Positions 18,667 through 28,709 of a stretch of 64,000 bases of DNA are shown here, piece by piece. The position numbers and the translations under genes are program-made. A model generated the notes under the pieces. The model searched no databases, had not been told where the DNA came from, and saw only the letters and a program-made list of their open reading frames with translations. This DNA comes from an uncultured Verrucomicrobiae bacterium (GTDB lineage Bacteria > Verrucomicrobiota > Verrucomicrobiia > Limisphaerales > UBA11358), in the NCBI GenBank assembly GCA_963719075.1, contig CAVRAN010000003.1, forward strand, positions 408,659 through 472,658, read 5' to 3'. Within the stretch, counting starts at the first letter, position 1. Every line of letters begins with the position of its first letter.

Positions 18667-20298
18667 TTAATAAGCGTTTTGGTGGCTGAAAAACGTCATT
18701 AAAATGATGCGCAAATCGAGAATCAAGCTCCAGTTTTCCACATACCAGATGTCGAAACGGATGCGTTCCTCCAAGCTGGTGTTGCCGCGCCAGCCGTTGA
18801 CCTGCGCCCAGCCGCTTATTCCCGGACTGCAGGTGTGGCGGGCCTGATAATGCGGAACCTTGAATTTGAAACGCTCGATCAATTCGGGACGCTCCGGCCG
18901 CGGCCCGATCAGACTCATATCTCCTTTAAGCACATTCCAGAATTGGGGAATTTCATCAATATTCCATTTGCGCATAAATGCCCCGATCTTAAGCCGGCGC
19001 GGATCATTTTCCGTGGCCCAACACGCTTTACCATCGTTTTCCGCGTTCATTTGCATACTGCGAATCTTTAACATGTAAAACAACTTCCCATTAAGTCCCG
19101 ACCGCAACTGCCGGTAAAAAATCGGGCCGGGTGATTCCAGATAAACCAAAATCCCGAAAATCAGGATCAGCGGGCAGGCAACCAGCAATCCAATGCATGC
19201 GCCCACAATGTCCAACGTTCGTTTAATCAGGCGGTTTTCATATGCGTCCATGGGCAGGGAATCCACGCCCAGTACCGGAACTCCTCCCACAATGCTGGGG
19301 CGCAGGCCGGAAATCAAAATCTCGAAGTAATGTGGAACCATTTTAAATTGAACATGTTCCCTCTCACAGACTTTCGCCACATGCGCCGCCCCCTCGCTTT
19401 GCAAGGTCTCGGATTCGGTAAGCACGGCCACATCTACGGCATATTCCCGCAAGATGCCCTCCAGCTCGTGCAGGGAACCCAGCCGGCATTCCTGTAATTC
19501 ACCAAAACGGTTTGGCCTGTTGCCTTGGACCCAGCCGATCATTTCCAACTCAGGGTTTGTCTGAAGGGTCTTTTTAATCCGGAGCGTTTCAGGCCCCGCC
19601 CCGATTACGACCAGCCGCTTGCGCAATCGCAAAACCACAGCGGGATGCCGTAATATGCGGCTCAACAACAAACGCCAGATATAAAGGGCCAGAAAAATAA
19701 AAATCCAACTGCAAACGACAAATAACCTCGAAATGGGCGGATTCGTTTTGACAGCCAGGCTGACGCCGATGAATGCGAACAGACAAACGCTCAAAATGAC
19801 GGTGAATTTGGCCAGGTATTTATCAGGCGCAAGCAAATCTTTATATTCATAGGAACATTTGGTCAACAAGCCCCCAAGCACAGCCATCATGCCAAATAAA
19901 ATCAATTTCCAGTAATCGGTTATCACCGGTAAATACACGCCTAGACCGGAGTGTAAAGGGATGAGACCGCTTTGAAATCGCAGCCAGTAGGCAAGAACAA
20001 ACCCCAGCAGAATCATTAGCAGATCGCCCGCAACTGCCGACAGAGCTATAGTGCTTTCCCACTTTGCACGGTTATGGCGTATGGCTTGAGGCGCGTCTTG
20101 GCGTGCAAAATCCAGAGCATATGGAAAGGCTTTGAATTCCTTTCCCGTGATATCGCCAACATTTATCGAAATGTCGTTTTGCATCAGGTCGCGAATTCCG
20201 GATTGATGGCGCTGGTTTTCTTCACCTTTTTCTCCCTTTAATTTGGCAATGTCTTTTCGGAACTCGTTAAATGACTTGCTCAACCACACGCACCGCAA
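18667..20298 (-). CDS. Polyprenyl-phosphate glycosyl-1-phosphate transferase (WbaP/EpsB-type priming enzyme)
   Basis: 543 aa with N-terminal TM helices. The C-terminal bacterial sugar transferase domain carries IDEIPQFWNVLKGDMSLIGPRPERPE. Confidence 0.9.
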   Translation of the reverse strand: MRCVWLSKSFNEFRKDIAKLKGEKGEENQRHQSGIRDLMQNDISINVGDITGKEFKAFPYALDFARQDAPQAIRHNRAKWESTIALSAVAGDLLMILLGFVLAYWLRFQSGLIPLHSGLGVYLPVITDYWKLILFGMMAVLGGLLTKCSYEYKDLLAPDKYLAKFTVILSVCLFAFIGVSLAVKTNPPISRLFVVCSWIFIFLALYIWRLLLSRILRHPAVVLRLRKRLVVIGAGPETLRIKKTLQTNPELEMIGWVQGNRPNRFGELQECRLGSLHELEGILREYAVDVAVLTESETLQSEGAAHVAKVCEREHVQFKMVPHYFEILISGLRPSIVGGVPVLGVDSLPMDAYENRLIKRTLDIVGACIGLLVACPLILIFGILVYLESPGPIFYRQLRSGLNGKLFYMLKIRSMQMNAENDGKACWATENDPRRLKIGAFMRKWNIDEIPQFWNVLKGDMSLIGPRPERPELIERFKFKVPHYQARHTCSPGISGWAQVNGWRGNTSLEERIRFDIWYVENWSLILDLRIILMTFFSHQNAY

Positions 20299-20516
20299 TC
20301 ATATTTTATAATCCATGGACCTATAATCTATTGCATTGTAAGACATGTTTAATCACATTTGAGACAAGCACACCCATACAACCACTTTGAAGTTTGCGGG
20401 CTGGCGTTGCCTCGAATTGGTGGCGGGTTGGTCCGAATTTTAGAAAATGTTACGCAAAATAACTTTTCCCGATTCTGTGCCGTTCTTTTTTCAGAATAGA
20501 CCAGCTAACAACCTTA

Positions 20517-20864
20517 TTAATCAATTGGCTCAAACCGGCGGCTGTTGAAGTAAAGCATGCTAAAGTCACCCTCTTCACTCATCACTGCCAACACGATGTC
20601 CAGAGGTTCGCGAAAATACGATGTGCCAGTCCCATGCGCATCAGCGTTGTCATAGAGCGGTTCACGGAGAACCTCCCATACAATTGCGGGTTCGTTGTAT
20701 TCAGGCACGGCTTTGTTTTTCAAGCCTTGTTTCCAGCGAACCAGTTGCTTTGGCTTAAAAGCGTGCTTTGTTGCCATGGACTCAAAAGCCTGAACCAATT
20801 TTTGATTCAATGCCTTTGCCTCATCGGGAGTTATTGACTTTTCCATTTTATACTTATTTTGCAA
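20517..20864 (-). CDS. Hypothetical protein (no family recognised)
   Basis: 115-aa AT-rich ORF in the same orientation inside the EPS gene array. Confidence 0.4.
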   Translation of the reverse strand: MQNKYKMEKSITPDEAKALNQKLVQAFESMATKHAFKPKQLVRWKQGLKNKAVPEYNEPAIVWEVLREPLYDNADAHGTGTSYFREPLDIVLAVMSEEGDFSMLYFNSRRFEPID

Positions 20865-20870
20865 TAATTA

Positions 20871-21065
20871 TTAGTATTCCGAAAAATTTGAGACGCACAA
20901 AGGAGCTTTAAAATTATTACGACTTCCAACTATCGTCTGTTCTACCACACGGATTGCGTCCAGTTGAATGCGCTTTTTGGGTGAACGAACCAGGTTGGAA
21001 TAATACGGTTTAACCATTGGCGGCTGATATGCGACTCGCTGAGTTCTTTTCGTGACGTCGTCCAT
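20871..21065 (-). CDS. Hypothetical small protein
   Basis: 64-aa ORF ending 6 nt upstream of the 20517-20864 ORF. Coding status is uncertain. Confidence 0.25.
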   Translation of the reverse strand: MDDVTKRTQRVAYQPPMVKPYYSNLVRSPKKRIQLDAIRVVEQTIVGSRNNFKAPLCVSNFSEY

Positions 21066-21133
21066 AAACGATTATTGCCACAGAACAGCCCAAAAGAGAA
21101 ATCAAATTTCAGACCACACTACCGACCAATGAC

Positions 21134-22438
21134 TCATTTGAATTTGTGATTGTAATGCGCATGAGAACGACTGTTTTTAAAAATTTCTTCAAATCGGTTG
21201 CCAATCATTTGAATGTCAAAGTGGGTTTCGGCATAGCGTCGGGCGCGTTCCCCACATTGACTTCTCAAATCCAAGTCAGTGTATAGTTTATCCGCCGCCA
21301 CGAGAAAACCTTTGATATCATCAGGGGCGGTGCAAAGCCCCGTTCGATTATCTAAAATAATCTTGGCGGCCAGATTTTGAAGCGGAATCGCTCCAAGCAT
21401 GGCTCGCCCAGCGCAATGATAAGAAAGAACTTTTGAGGGCACTGAAAAAACGCCCGCGTCCGATTCAAGAATGGTAAGCAGCACTTCGGCGGACCCCAGT
21501 ACTTCCGGCATCTCTTCAAAACGTTGAAAGGGCAGGACTTCAAGGTTTGCAAGTCCATCAAGAACCTTTTGTTCTCGTAGATAATTCGCACCGGGACCTT
21601 CTGAAATCACAATTACCCGGACTCGTAAATTGTTTCGATATGCAATTGCCAGTTGCTTCAATATGTCCGGGTTGTGTTTCATCGCCAGTGTGCCGGAATA
21701 GAGGAACACGAATTTGTCGTTTAAACTGTGCGCCGCCGACCATGCATTTCCACGCGGTTTTAAAGACAGTTCATCTCGTGGTGCCCAGTTTGGAATCACG
21801 ACAATTTTTTCTTGCGGCACGCCGAACCGACGTAACATCGGCACAAAATCTTCAGTTATGGCCACCACCGCCGATGCCTGCCGCAGCGTGTCACATTCCA
21901 GATGCCGATACCACCAGCCAATTAGATTGCCAATGCCAGGCAATTTTTTTTTTGCTAGTTTGGTGACAGCGATGCTATAAAAGTCCTGAATCCATGGAAC
22001 GAAAGAAATCTTCGATCGAGCACACAATCTAGCAATCCTCAACTGCGGTTCAGTCGGAGTATTTGCCGAGATCACAACGTCCGGGCACTTCTTTTCTATC
22101 AACGCTGCAATTTTGCGTCCGTAATCCAATTCCATTTGCCTCCGCCGGATGAAACGATATTTATCCCTGCGATAGTTCACGTCCATTGGCACTTCTACCA
22201 ATTCAAGTGTCTTTGCATCATTTGATCTTTTATGAAGACTTCCTCTGGGAGTCAATAATCCCCCAGCATAGGCATGCATGACCGAGTGCCCCCGATTGGC
22301 CAGTTCACGGCTTAACTGGACTTGAAACGGATGCCCTGCGTAATCGTGAATTAGCAATCGCATAACATTAAATGAGCCCACTGCAAAACGAGTTATGTCC
22401 TGGCTGTGTTCCGATAAATTCGCTTGGATGCCTTGCAT
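21134..22438 (-). CDS. Glycosyltransferase family 4 (GT-B, WcaI/WbuB-like)
   Basis: The N-terminus is MRLLIHDYAGHPFQVQLSRELANRGHSV. The C-terminal GT1-type domain follows. The probable start is the ATG at 22363. Confidence 0.85.
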   Translation of the reverse strand: MQGIQANLSEHSQDITRFAVGSFNVMRLLIHDYAGHPFQVQLSRELANRGHSVMHAYAGGLLTPRGSLHKRSNDAKTLELVEVPMDVNYRRDKYRFIRRRQMELDYGRKIAALIEKKCPDVVISANTPTEPQLRIARLCARSKISFVPWIQDFYSIAVTKLAKKKLPGIGNLIGWWYRHLECDTLRQASAVVAITEDFVPMLRRFGVPQEKIVVIPNWAPRDELSLKPRGNAWSAAHSLNDKFVFLYSGTLAMKHNPDILKQLAIAYRNNLRVRVIVISEGPGANYLREQKVLDGLANLEVLPFQRFEEMPEVLGSAEVLLTILESDAGVFSVPSKVLSYHCAGRAMLGAIPLQNLAAKIILDNRTGLCTAPDDIKGFLVAADKLYTDLDLRSQCGERARRYAETHFDIQMIGNRFEEIFKNSRSHAHYNHKFK

Positions 22439-22804
22439 TTTCGGCCATCGGTCGGACGCTACATCTTTCGGAAATGTGATTTTGCATAGCCTCCGTCTCT
22501 TATTTCACGACGCGTTTGCCTTTTTTGCGTTTTTGATTGTTCATGAATCCACTTATACGTCGCTGCCAAGCCATTGTTCAAGGTCGTGTCCGGTCCCCAT
22601 TTAAGCATCTTCTGTATGAACGTGTTGTCACTGTTGCGCCCCGCTACTCCCAGGGGCGCATTCAGATCAGAGCTGGGTCTTTTTCAACAAGTCGTTTAGT
22701 TTCCATATTAATTTGTAATTTGTTTGATTTAGTTACTTTGAATTAACAGGTCGGAATATTTTTCCGTACAAAGAGATAAAAGAGCTGACAATGCGGTTCA
22801 ACTC

Positions 22805-24901
22805 TTAAGGCCCGACTTGACTAATATCTATGGGATGAAATCCTATTTTCAGTGCTGGCGAACTGGCTTTTAGCCGGAAATCATAGTTTTGCGGCGCGAC
22901 GAATTGTGGATTGGCAATAATCGAATTCAGATCGTGGCCACGTTTCTGCCAGTCCTCGAACGTCCCGGTGTCAAATTGTAGAGGTTCACCCGACGATCCA
23001 GAACGCGCGTCGAAATAGACGTTTCCATCCATTACAAAGTGGTCATCATCCGACCAGTTGTGATCTAAAAGATCGCCGGTGTCAAAATACACAATGTTGG
23101 TTTGGAAATAGAAACTAATGTGACTTTCGGAGACGGAACGGCGGAGTTGATGGTCACGCCCAAATGCAAAGATATTATTTAACACCACATTGGTTTCGCC
23201 ATAGTGCTGATGAAAGCCGCCGTGCGTTGTGCGATAAACGACATTACTTACCGCCAGAATCCCGCTGCTCCCCTCATCAAAATAGATGCCCCAACCTCCA
23301 TAAATCAGTCCGGCTACATCATGCAACAGGTTGTTGCAAATAATGGTTCCTGGTTGTTTGCCGAGAGTATAAATGGCTCCCATGTCGCTGAGAATCGGGC
23401 CTTCACCGTCTGATTTGATACCGATATGATGGACCTCATTAAATCCGACATAGTTGTTGGATGCCAGTGCCGGCCCATATCCCCAACTCCAGCCGATGGA
23501 AATGCCGGTATAATAAAAATTGTAAATAAGGTTGTGGGTAATGCGATTGTTTGACGTCTGACTCAGCCAAATTCCGACGGCACTTGGAAACAGGAAACCG
23601 CCGTCGTGAATGCGACAATGGCTGATTTCATTCCCTTGTGTCTGATCGAGCGGATTCTTTCGGATGGTACCTTCTCCCAGTTTTAATCCACCGGCACCAA
23701 GGTCATGAAATTCACATTGGAACACACTATTACTTTGACAGCCGCGCGATAATTCAAGCCCATATCCACCCATATTGACGAAGTTACATTTATCAAAAGC
23801 ACATTGGCGCATTCCCACCCCACCCACCCCACCCGGGACACCAAATTCAGCTTGTTCGAAACCGCCAACTGCCATGGTCCCCTTTGGATTCCCATTGGTA
23901 GACTGGGGATAATTCCACTCCGTGTTGGCAAACGTCAACCCTCTCACAATAACGTTTTGAACGAAATGTCCGGTCTCCGGTTGACCTTCAAAACGCAACA
24001 CCTGGGGCAAACGCGGGGCAATCGCGATTATTTTCTGGAGGTCTTCGCCCAGCCGGGGGAAATAATATACCTTGCCTGTCATCGGGTTGAGATACCACTC
24101 TCCGGGTTCAGTCAAAAAATTCATTGCGCCTTCCACGTAGTAGATGTCACCCAGTGTAATTGGATAAATCGTACGTTTACTAAAACTCACCCAACGATTT
24201 TGTTCATCTATTGCGGCTATTGGCAAACGAGATTCCAACCAACGATCCATCACAACAACCTCGGCATTCGTAAGATCATTCCACGCCCTGAGATCGCTGT
24301 TACGATATTGGAAGCGGCTTTGGCGATCTAAAACATTTTTTGATTTGTCAGGCACTCCATATACATGAAAATAGCCCTCGGCCGGCAACCGAGCGCTCAC
24401 CGCCCGCTCTCCGTCAAGCCAAAGTTCACGAAAAACCCATTTGCCATTGCGGGAGTCGGGCACATCCGCAACCCAAAGCTCGCTCCCATTTAACGTCGTT
24501 TTATGCCATGAGGTAATCCGCTGGCCACCGCTTAAAATTGGCGATTCGCCAGCGTATGCGGCAATCAGGAGATTTGAATCTCCGGGTTTCAAAATCAATG
24601 GCTGATCCAGATAATAAGTTCCGCCTCGAATAAACACGGTCACCGGCTGTATTGGGTCGCTGGTTCGCCACGAATTGAAATCGCGCACCGCTTTCAATGC
24701 CCTGGGCAACGTGGCAAAAGGGCCCTCTCCAGAATTTGCAAGATGTGACGGACTGCGCCCGGACCAATGGTCATTCCCGTTTGTAGCCACATAGAATGTC
24801 CCCGGGGTTTCCAAACCAGCTGCAATTAGCTCCTTGGCAAAACCCAAGATCATGAGCATTATTGAAGCAAATAAGAAAATACGATTTACACCAGACTTCA
24901 T
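22805..24901 (-). CDS. Secreted right-handed parallel beta-helix repeat protein (polysaccharide lyase/hydrolase-like)
   Basis: 698 aa with a signal peptide. It has repeated beta-helix rungs (NLIYNFYYTGISIGWSWGYG, GWGIYFDEGSSGI, NNIFAFG). Confidence 0.65.
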   Translation of the reverse strand: MKSGVNRIFLFASIMLMILGFAKELIAAGLETPGTFYVATNGNDHWSGRSPSHLANSGEGPFATLPRALKAVRDFNSWRTSDPIQPVTVFIRGGTYYLDQPLILKPGDSNLLIAAYAGESPILSGGQRITSWHKTTLNGSELWVADVPDSRNGKWVFRELWLDGERAVSARLPAEGYFHVYGVPDKSKNVLDRQSRFQYRNSDLRAWNDLTNAEVVVMDRWLESRLPIAAIDEQNRWVSFSKRTIYPITLGDIYYVEGAMNFLTEPGEWYLNPMTGKVYYFPRLGEDLQKIIAIAPRLPQVLRFEGQPETGHFVQNVIVRGLTFANTEWNYPQSTNGNPKGTMAVGGFEQAEFGVPGGVGGVGMRQCAFDKCNFVNMGGYGLELSRGCQSNSVFQCEFHDLGAGGLKLGEGTIRKNPLDQTQGNEISHCRIHDGGFLFPSAVGIWLSQTSNNRITHNLIYNFYYTGISIGWSWGYGPALASNNYVGFNEVHHIGIKSDGEGPILSDMGAIYTLGKQPGTIICNNLLHDVAGLIYGGWGIYFDEGSSGILAVSNVVYRTTHGGFHQHYGETNVVLNNIFAFGRDHQLRRSVSESHISFYFQTNIVYFDTGDLLDHNWSDDDHFVMDGNVYFDARSGSSGEPLQFDTGTFEDWQKRGHDLNSIIANPQFVAPQNYDFRLKASSPALKIGFHPIDISQVGP

Positions 24902-24926
24902 TGCGGAGTTAAACTCGTCGACATTG

Positions 24927-26108
24927 TTATAGGGAATTTTGAGACATACCGAAAAATTGTTGCCACTTCGAACTCACGGTTTTCAGACTAAAACTTTCAA
25001 GCAAGGCGTGGCTATTAGCGCGAATCATTTGGTATTTGTTAGTAAAAGCGAAAGACTTTACGACTTCTCTCAGTTGGGCTAGATCTTTTATCAGTATACC
25101 ATTGATTTCATTTTGCATCGGAATTCCTTCCCAAGCGAAACGGGTTCCAATTACGCAGGCCCCACAAGCGACGGCATAAATAGTGCGATTTTTTATTCCT
25201 GTTCCGCAAAGGTCCGGGATTAGCACAAAATCAACAGAAGAAACTAATTCATCAAGATCATTGACTCGAGTGTATACATTCCACCCGGCTTGAGAAACCT
25301 CCTTCTTTAGTTCCTCATTATTGCCAATCAAAAAAATATATTTTGCTTTTGTTTCCGTTTTCCAACTTTTCACAAGATCGAAAACTGTTCGGATGCTTTT
25401 TTCGAGATATGGGTAACTGGCGTCAGCCCAAACAAGAATTTTAATTTGCTCGTTGACGGTGTTTTGCAAAGAAAATGACCTAACCTGTTCGGCGATCGGT
25501 ATCGCTTGGACATGAACGACATGGTGAAAGCGGCGAAATATACAGGCATCGTGCTCGCTGTACATGTGTATTCTTTTAGCACGTTTGATGGCTATTCGTT
25601 CTACCTGCCGCGCTAATGACAGAGTGATGTATCCACGTATTTTACTTAGATATCCAAAGCGGTACAATCTATGAAAACGAAGCAAGTAAGAATCTACTGT
25701 TCCCCAGTAAACATCAGACACCTTCAACCAACTTAGCCAACTAGCCAGTGGAAACCCTTCAAAGAAAAAAATTGTACCTTTCTTGTCCCTGGCTTTAACC
25801 CACCGGCGAGAAGTTAAAAGTCCTGGCCAAGGCAACAAAATCCAACTCGTTATAACGCACAACAGCGCCTGAATTCCGTAATCTCCGGGAAATACCAATT
25901 CAGTAATATGAATGTTGTCTAGCTTCTTAATGTCAGCCGGATAATCGCCAACCAAGTCAGAAGCAGAACGAGCCAACCCAAGCACCTCCACGCTTTGAAA
26001 CTGATCGGCCATCAATTTCAGAAACTTAAAGAACTGAACTTGTTTTCCATCGTGAGGTTGTCTCGCATAACGAGAGAAAACAAAACAAAGTCTGCGCTGA
26101 TCCTTCAC
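24927..26108 (-). CDS. Glycosyltransferase (GT-B fold, GT1/GT4-like)
   Basis: The C-terminal segment PDLCGTGIKNRTIYAVACGACVIGTRFAWEGIP fits the GT1 nucleotide-sugar binding region. The gene is AT-rich. Confidence 0.6.
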   Translation of the reverse strand: MKDQRRLCFVFSRYARQPHDGKQVQFFKFLKLMADQFQSVEVLGLARSASDLVGDYPADIKKLDNIHITELVFPGDYGIQALLCVITSWILLPWPGLLTSRRWVKARDKKGTIFFFEGFPLASWLSWLKVSDVYWGTVDSYLLRFHRLYRFGYLSKIRGYITLSLARQVERIAIKRAKRIHMYSEHDACIFRRFHHVVHVQAIPIAEQVRSFSLQNTVNEQIKILVWADASYPYLEKSIRTVFDLVKSWKTETKAKYIFLIGNNEELKKEVSQAGWNVYTRVNDLDELVSSVDFVLIPDLCGTGIKNRTIYAVACGACVIGTRFAWEGIPMQNEINGILIKDLAQLREVVKSFAFTNKYQMIRANSHALLESFSLKTVSSKWQQFFGMSQNSL

Positions 26109-26265
26109 AACAAAAAATTATTCATATTTCACGAGTTAAAGGCACCTCAACAAGAATCACAGAATGACCTTTGGAACCGGAAAATGATTTTAAGAACATG
26201 CTCACCGATTTAGCTATTGCTTTCGCCCTGCGAATCCAAACCTATTCCAACTTCATCTATCACTT

Positions 26266-27422
26266 GAGACCTCTGAAAAACTCTTTTGAACAAGATGTGA
26301 CAAAAGAAGTCTGAAGGACATGCAAACGACGACCAATCCGCAATTGGGATTTTTGGACAGCTTCATGCCTTTGGCCCCGGCCAATGATTTTCTGCAAACG
26401 CTCGACACGGCACTGGACTGGAAACCGATCGAGCGGGCGTTGCAGGCGATGTATCCGGCCACCACAGGCCGGCCGCCGTGTGCGCCGCTGGTGCTGTTCA
26501 AGATGAGCGTGCTCCAGCATTGCTACGGCCTGTCCGATCCGCAATGCGAGGAGTTGGTCGGCGACCGCTTGAGTTGGCGGCGTTTTGTGGGTTTGGGGTT
26601 GCAGGACGCGGTGCCCGATGAAACCACGCTGGTCAATTTCCGCAAGCGGTTGCGTCAGCATGGCCAGCACGAAAACCTGCTGGCGCTGGTCAATCGGCAG
26701 TTGGAACAAAAGGGATTGATCTTGAAAACCTGCACGCTGGTGGACGCCACGTTGTTGCAAGCCGCCCGCCGTGCACCGGCGAAGGAAGCCAAAACCGGCG
26801 GGGATGGCGATGCGGGTTATACGGTGAAACAAGGCCAGCCGCATTATGGTTACAAGGCGCATATGGCAGTGGATGAAACGCACACGCTGATCCGGCAGGT
26901 GACGCTGACGGCGGCCAACGTGCATGACAGCCGGGAATTTGAGAACGTGGTGAAGGGTGACGAGGACATGGTCATGGCCGACAAAGCCTATTGGAGCCGG
27001 GAGCGCAGTGAATGGTGCGGACGGCACGGCGTGGCCAATGGGATTTTGCGCAAGCCCAGTCGTGGCGAAAAGCTGCGGGACTCGGCCGTGCGGGCCAACC
27101 GACTGTTCAGTTCGATCCGGTGCAAGATTGAAAAGGTCTTTGGCTGGTGGAAGCGCAGCACGGGTTATCGGCGGGTGCGCTATGTGGGACGCGAGCGCAA
27201 TCGGTTGGAACTGGAGTTCAAATGCGTGTGTTGGAACCTGAAACGGCTGGCCACTTTGAGCGTGGCATGAAAAAACATGCCGCCACCGCCCGCCGTCGGG
27301 CGGAAACGACCAGCCGCGAGGCGCAAAAGCGCCTCGGACTCCGGTTCGGCAAACCCTTTTCACGTTGAAAAATGTCGGTGACATCAAAACAAACAACTCA
27401 AGCAGCCTTTTTCAGAGGTCTC
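26266..27422 (+). mobile_element. IS5-family insertion sequence (1157 bp) with 15-bp terminal IRs and a 5-bp target duplication
   Basis: IRL is GAGACCTCTGAAAAA (26266-26280) and IRR is TTTTTCAGAGGTCTC (27408-27422). Direct repeats CACTT sit at 26261-26265 and 27423-27427. The element is visibly more GC-rich than its neighbours. Confidence 0.9.
26320..27270 (+). CDS. IS5-family DDE transposase
   Basis: 316 aa. It has an InsH-type N-terminal region (FKMSVLQHCYGLSDPQCEELVGDRLSWRRFVGL) and a DDE_Tnp_1 core (DATLLQA.., DKAYWS.., IEKVFGWWK). Confidence 0.9.
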   Translation: MQTTTNPQLGFLDSFMPLAPANDFLQTLDTALDWKPIERALQAMYPATTGRPPCAPLVLFKMSVLQHCYGLSDPQCEELVGDRLSWRRFVGLGLQDAVPDETTLVNFRKRLRQHGQHENLLALVNRQLEQKGLILKTCTLVDATLLQAARRAPAKEAKTGGDGDAGYTVKQGQPHYGYKAHMAVDETHTLIRQVTLTAANVHDSREFENVVKGDEDMVMADKAYWSRERSEWCGRHGVANGILRKPSRGEKLRDSAVRANRLFSSIRCKIEKVFGWWKRSTGYRRVRYVGRERNRLELEFKCVCWNLKRLATLSVA

Positions 27423-27477
27423 CACTTCTTAGATTTCGCTCAGCGCGATGGAAAATATAATCAAACGACTCTCACCT

Positions 27478-28620
27478 TCATACCAACACCTCTGGCCGTG
27501 GCTTTTTGAAGGAGGAGAGTCCGAGTTCCTGGGCGAGTGAGTGAGCGAAGGCACTAATCTCGCGCTCGGAACGGTCGAAACCGAAACGCTGGCAGGCCTC
27601 GGCGACTGCCCTTGCTCGTTGCGGGGCGTAGGCTGCCAAACGCGCGTCGGCAGTGGCGAGCACCTTTGCCAACGAGGACGGATCGTACGGGTCAAAACAA
27701 CTCGTCAACATGGCCTGTGGCAAGATTTCGCGCACTCCGCCCAGACCGGTGGAGATAACAAAACATCCCGCCTGCACCCCCTCCGCGACGACCAGCCCGA
27801 ACGGCTCGCGCTCTATCGTGCCGTGCAACAATACATCGTAACGCGCCATGAGTTCCGGAACATCCCGCCGCACGCCCAGATAGTCCAGCACTACGCCCGC
27901 CAGCGCAGCCTGCGCTTGCACCTGAGCCCAATAGCCAGCTTCGACCACCTCTCCAGCAATACGCAAAGTGGGGCAACTGCCTTCCTGGCGCTTGAGTTCG
28001 GTAAGCCCTGCCACAATTTCTCGCAGACCTTTCCACACGGTGATTGAACCGACGTACAGTACGGCTGTGCGAACTGGGATCCGTTCCACAGACACCTCCG
28101 CCGGAGGGCGAACCGCGCAGTAAACTACCGTCGGGACATTGCCACCCGAGAGCCGCCCCACCACGGTAGCGACATCGTGGGAACAAACCAGCACCTTCGA
28201 GCAACTGCGTAGAAGAATAGCCGACAAAATCTTACGAGCCGATCCTCGATGATCCAGATAACTATGCACATACCACAACCACGGTAACCCACAAATTATG
28301 CGCAACAGCGCCGCCATAACTGCACTCTTGAGATTGGAGACTACGATGAGCTGAACATCGTCATCTGATGTGAGTTCTTTCAAGCGACGCAGAAAACCAA
28401 CAAAACCGAGGTCATCGGCAACCCTGGTGACCACCAATGACTCGGCGTTGGCACCACCGGCTTTAACAATTGCAGGCAACTCACGAACTAGACGCTCCAG
28501 CCCTGTAATAACAAGCCCCCCGCCAAACCCCACTGAAAGAGCGCGCAATGTCTCCTGCTCCGCTCCCGAATAATAGGGGGAGTAACAGGCGTAAACAACC
28601 TTAGGATTGATCGCACTCAT
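27478..28620 (-). CDS. Glycosyltransferase family 4
   Basis: 380 aa with the GT4 motif EREPFGLVVAEGVQAGCFVISTGLGGVREIL. It is conspicuously GC-rich relative to the adjacent EPS genes. Confidence 0.85.
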   Translation of the reverse strand: MSAINPKVVYACYSPYYSGAEQETLRALSVGFGGGLVITGLERLVRELPAIVKAGGANAESLVVTRVADDLGFVGFLRRLKELTSDDDVQLIVVSNLKSAVMAALLRIICGLPWLWYVHSYLDHRGSARKILSAILLRSCSKVLVCSHDVATVVGRLSGGNVPTVVYCAVRPPAEVSVERIPVRTAVLYVGSITVWKGLREIVAGLTELKRQEGSCPTLRIAGEVVEAGYWAQVQAQAALAGVVLDYLGVRRDVPELMARYDVLLHGTIEREPFGLVVAEGVQAGCFVISTGLGGVREILPQAMLTSCFDPYDPSSLAKVLATADARLAAYAPQRARAVAEACQRFGFDRSEREISAFAHSLAQELGLSSFKKPRPEVLV

Positions 28621-28709
28621 AAGAAGACTTACCCTTCAACACTCATTACAGCTTCAACTTCCAAAAAAGCAAGTCTGTCAGGCCGTGTGTAAGGATATTC
28701 ATTTTTACC

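Noticed and set aside
26260-27396. 378-aa minus-strand ORF
   Set aside because: It is exactly antisense to the IS5 transposase and spans the IS end to end. This is a typical GC-rich shadow frame.
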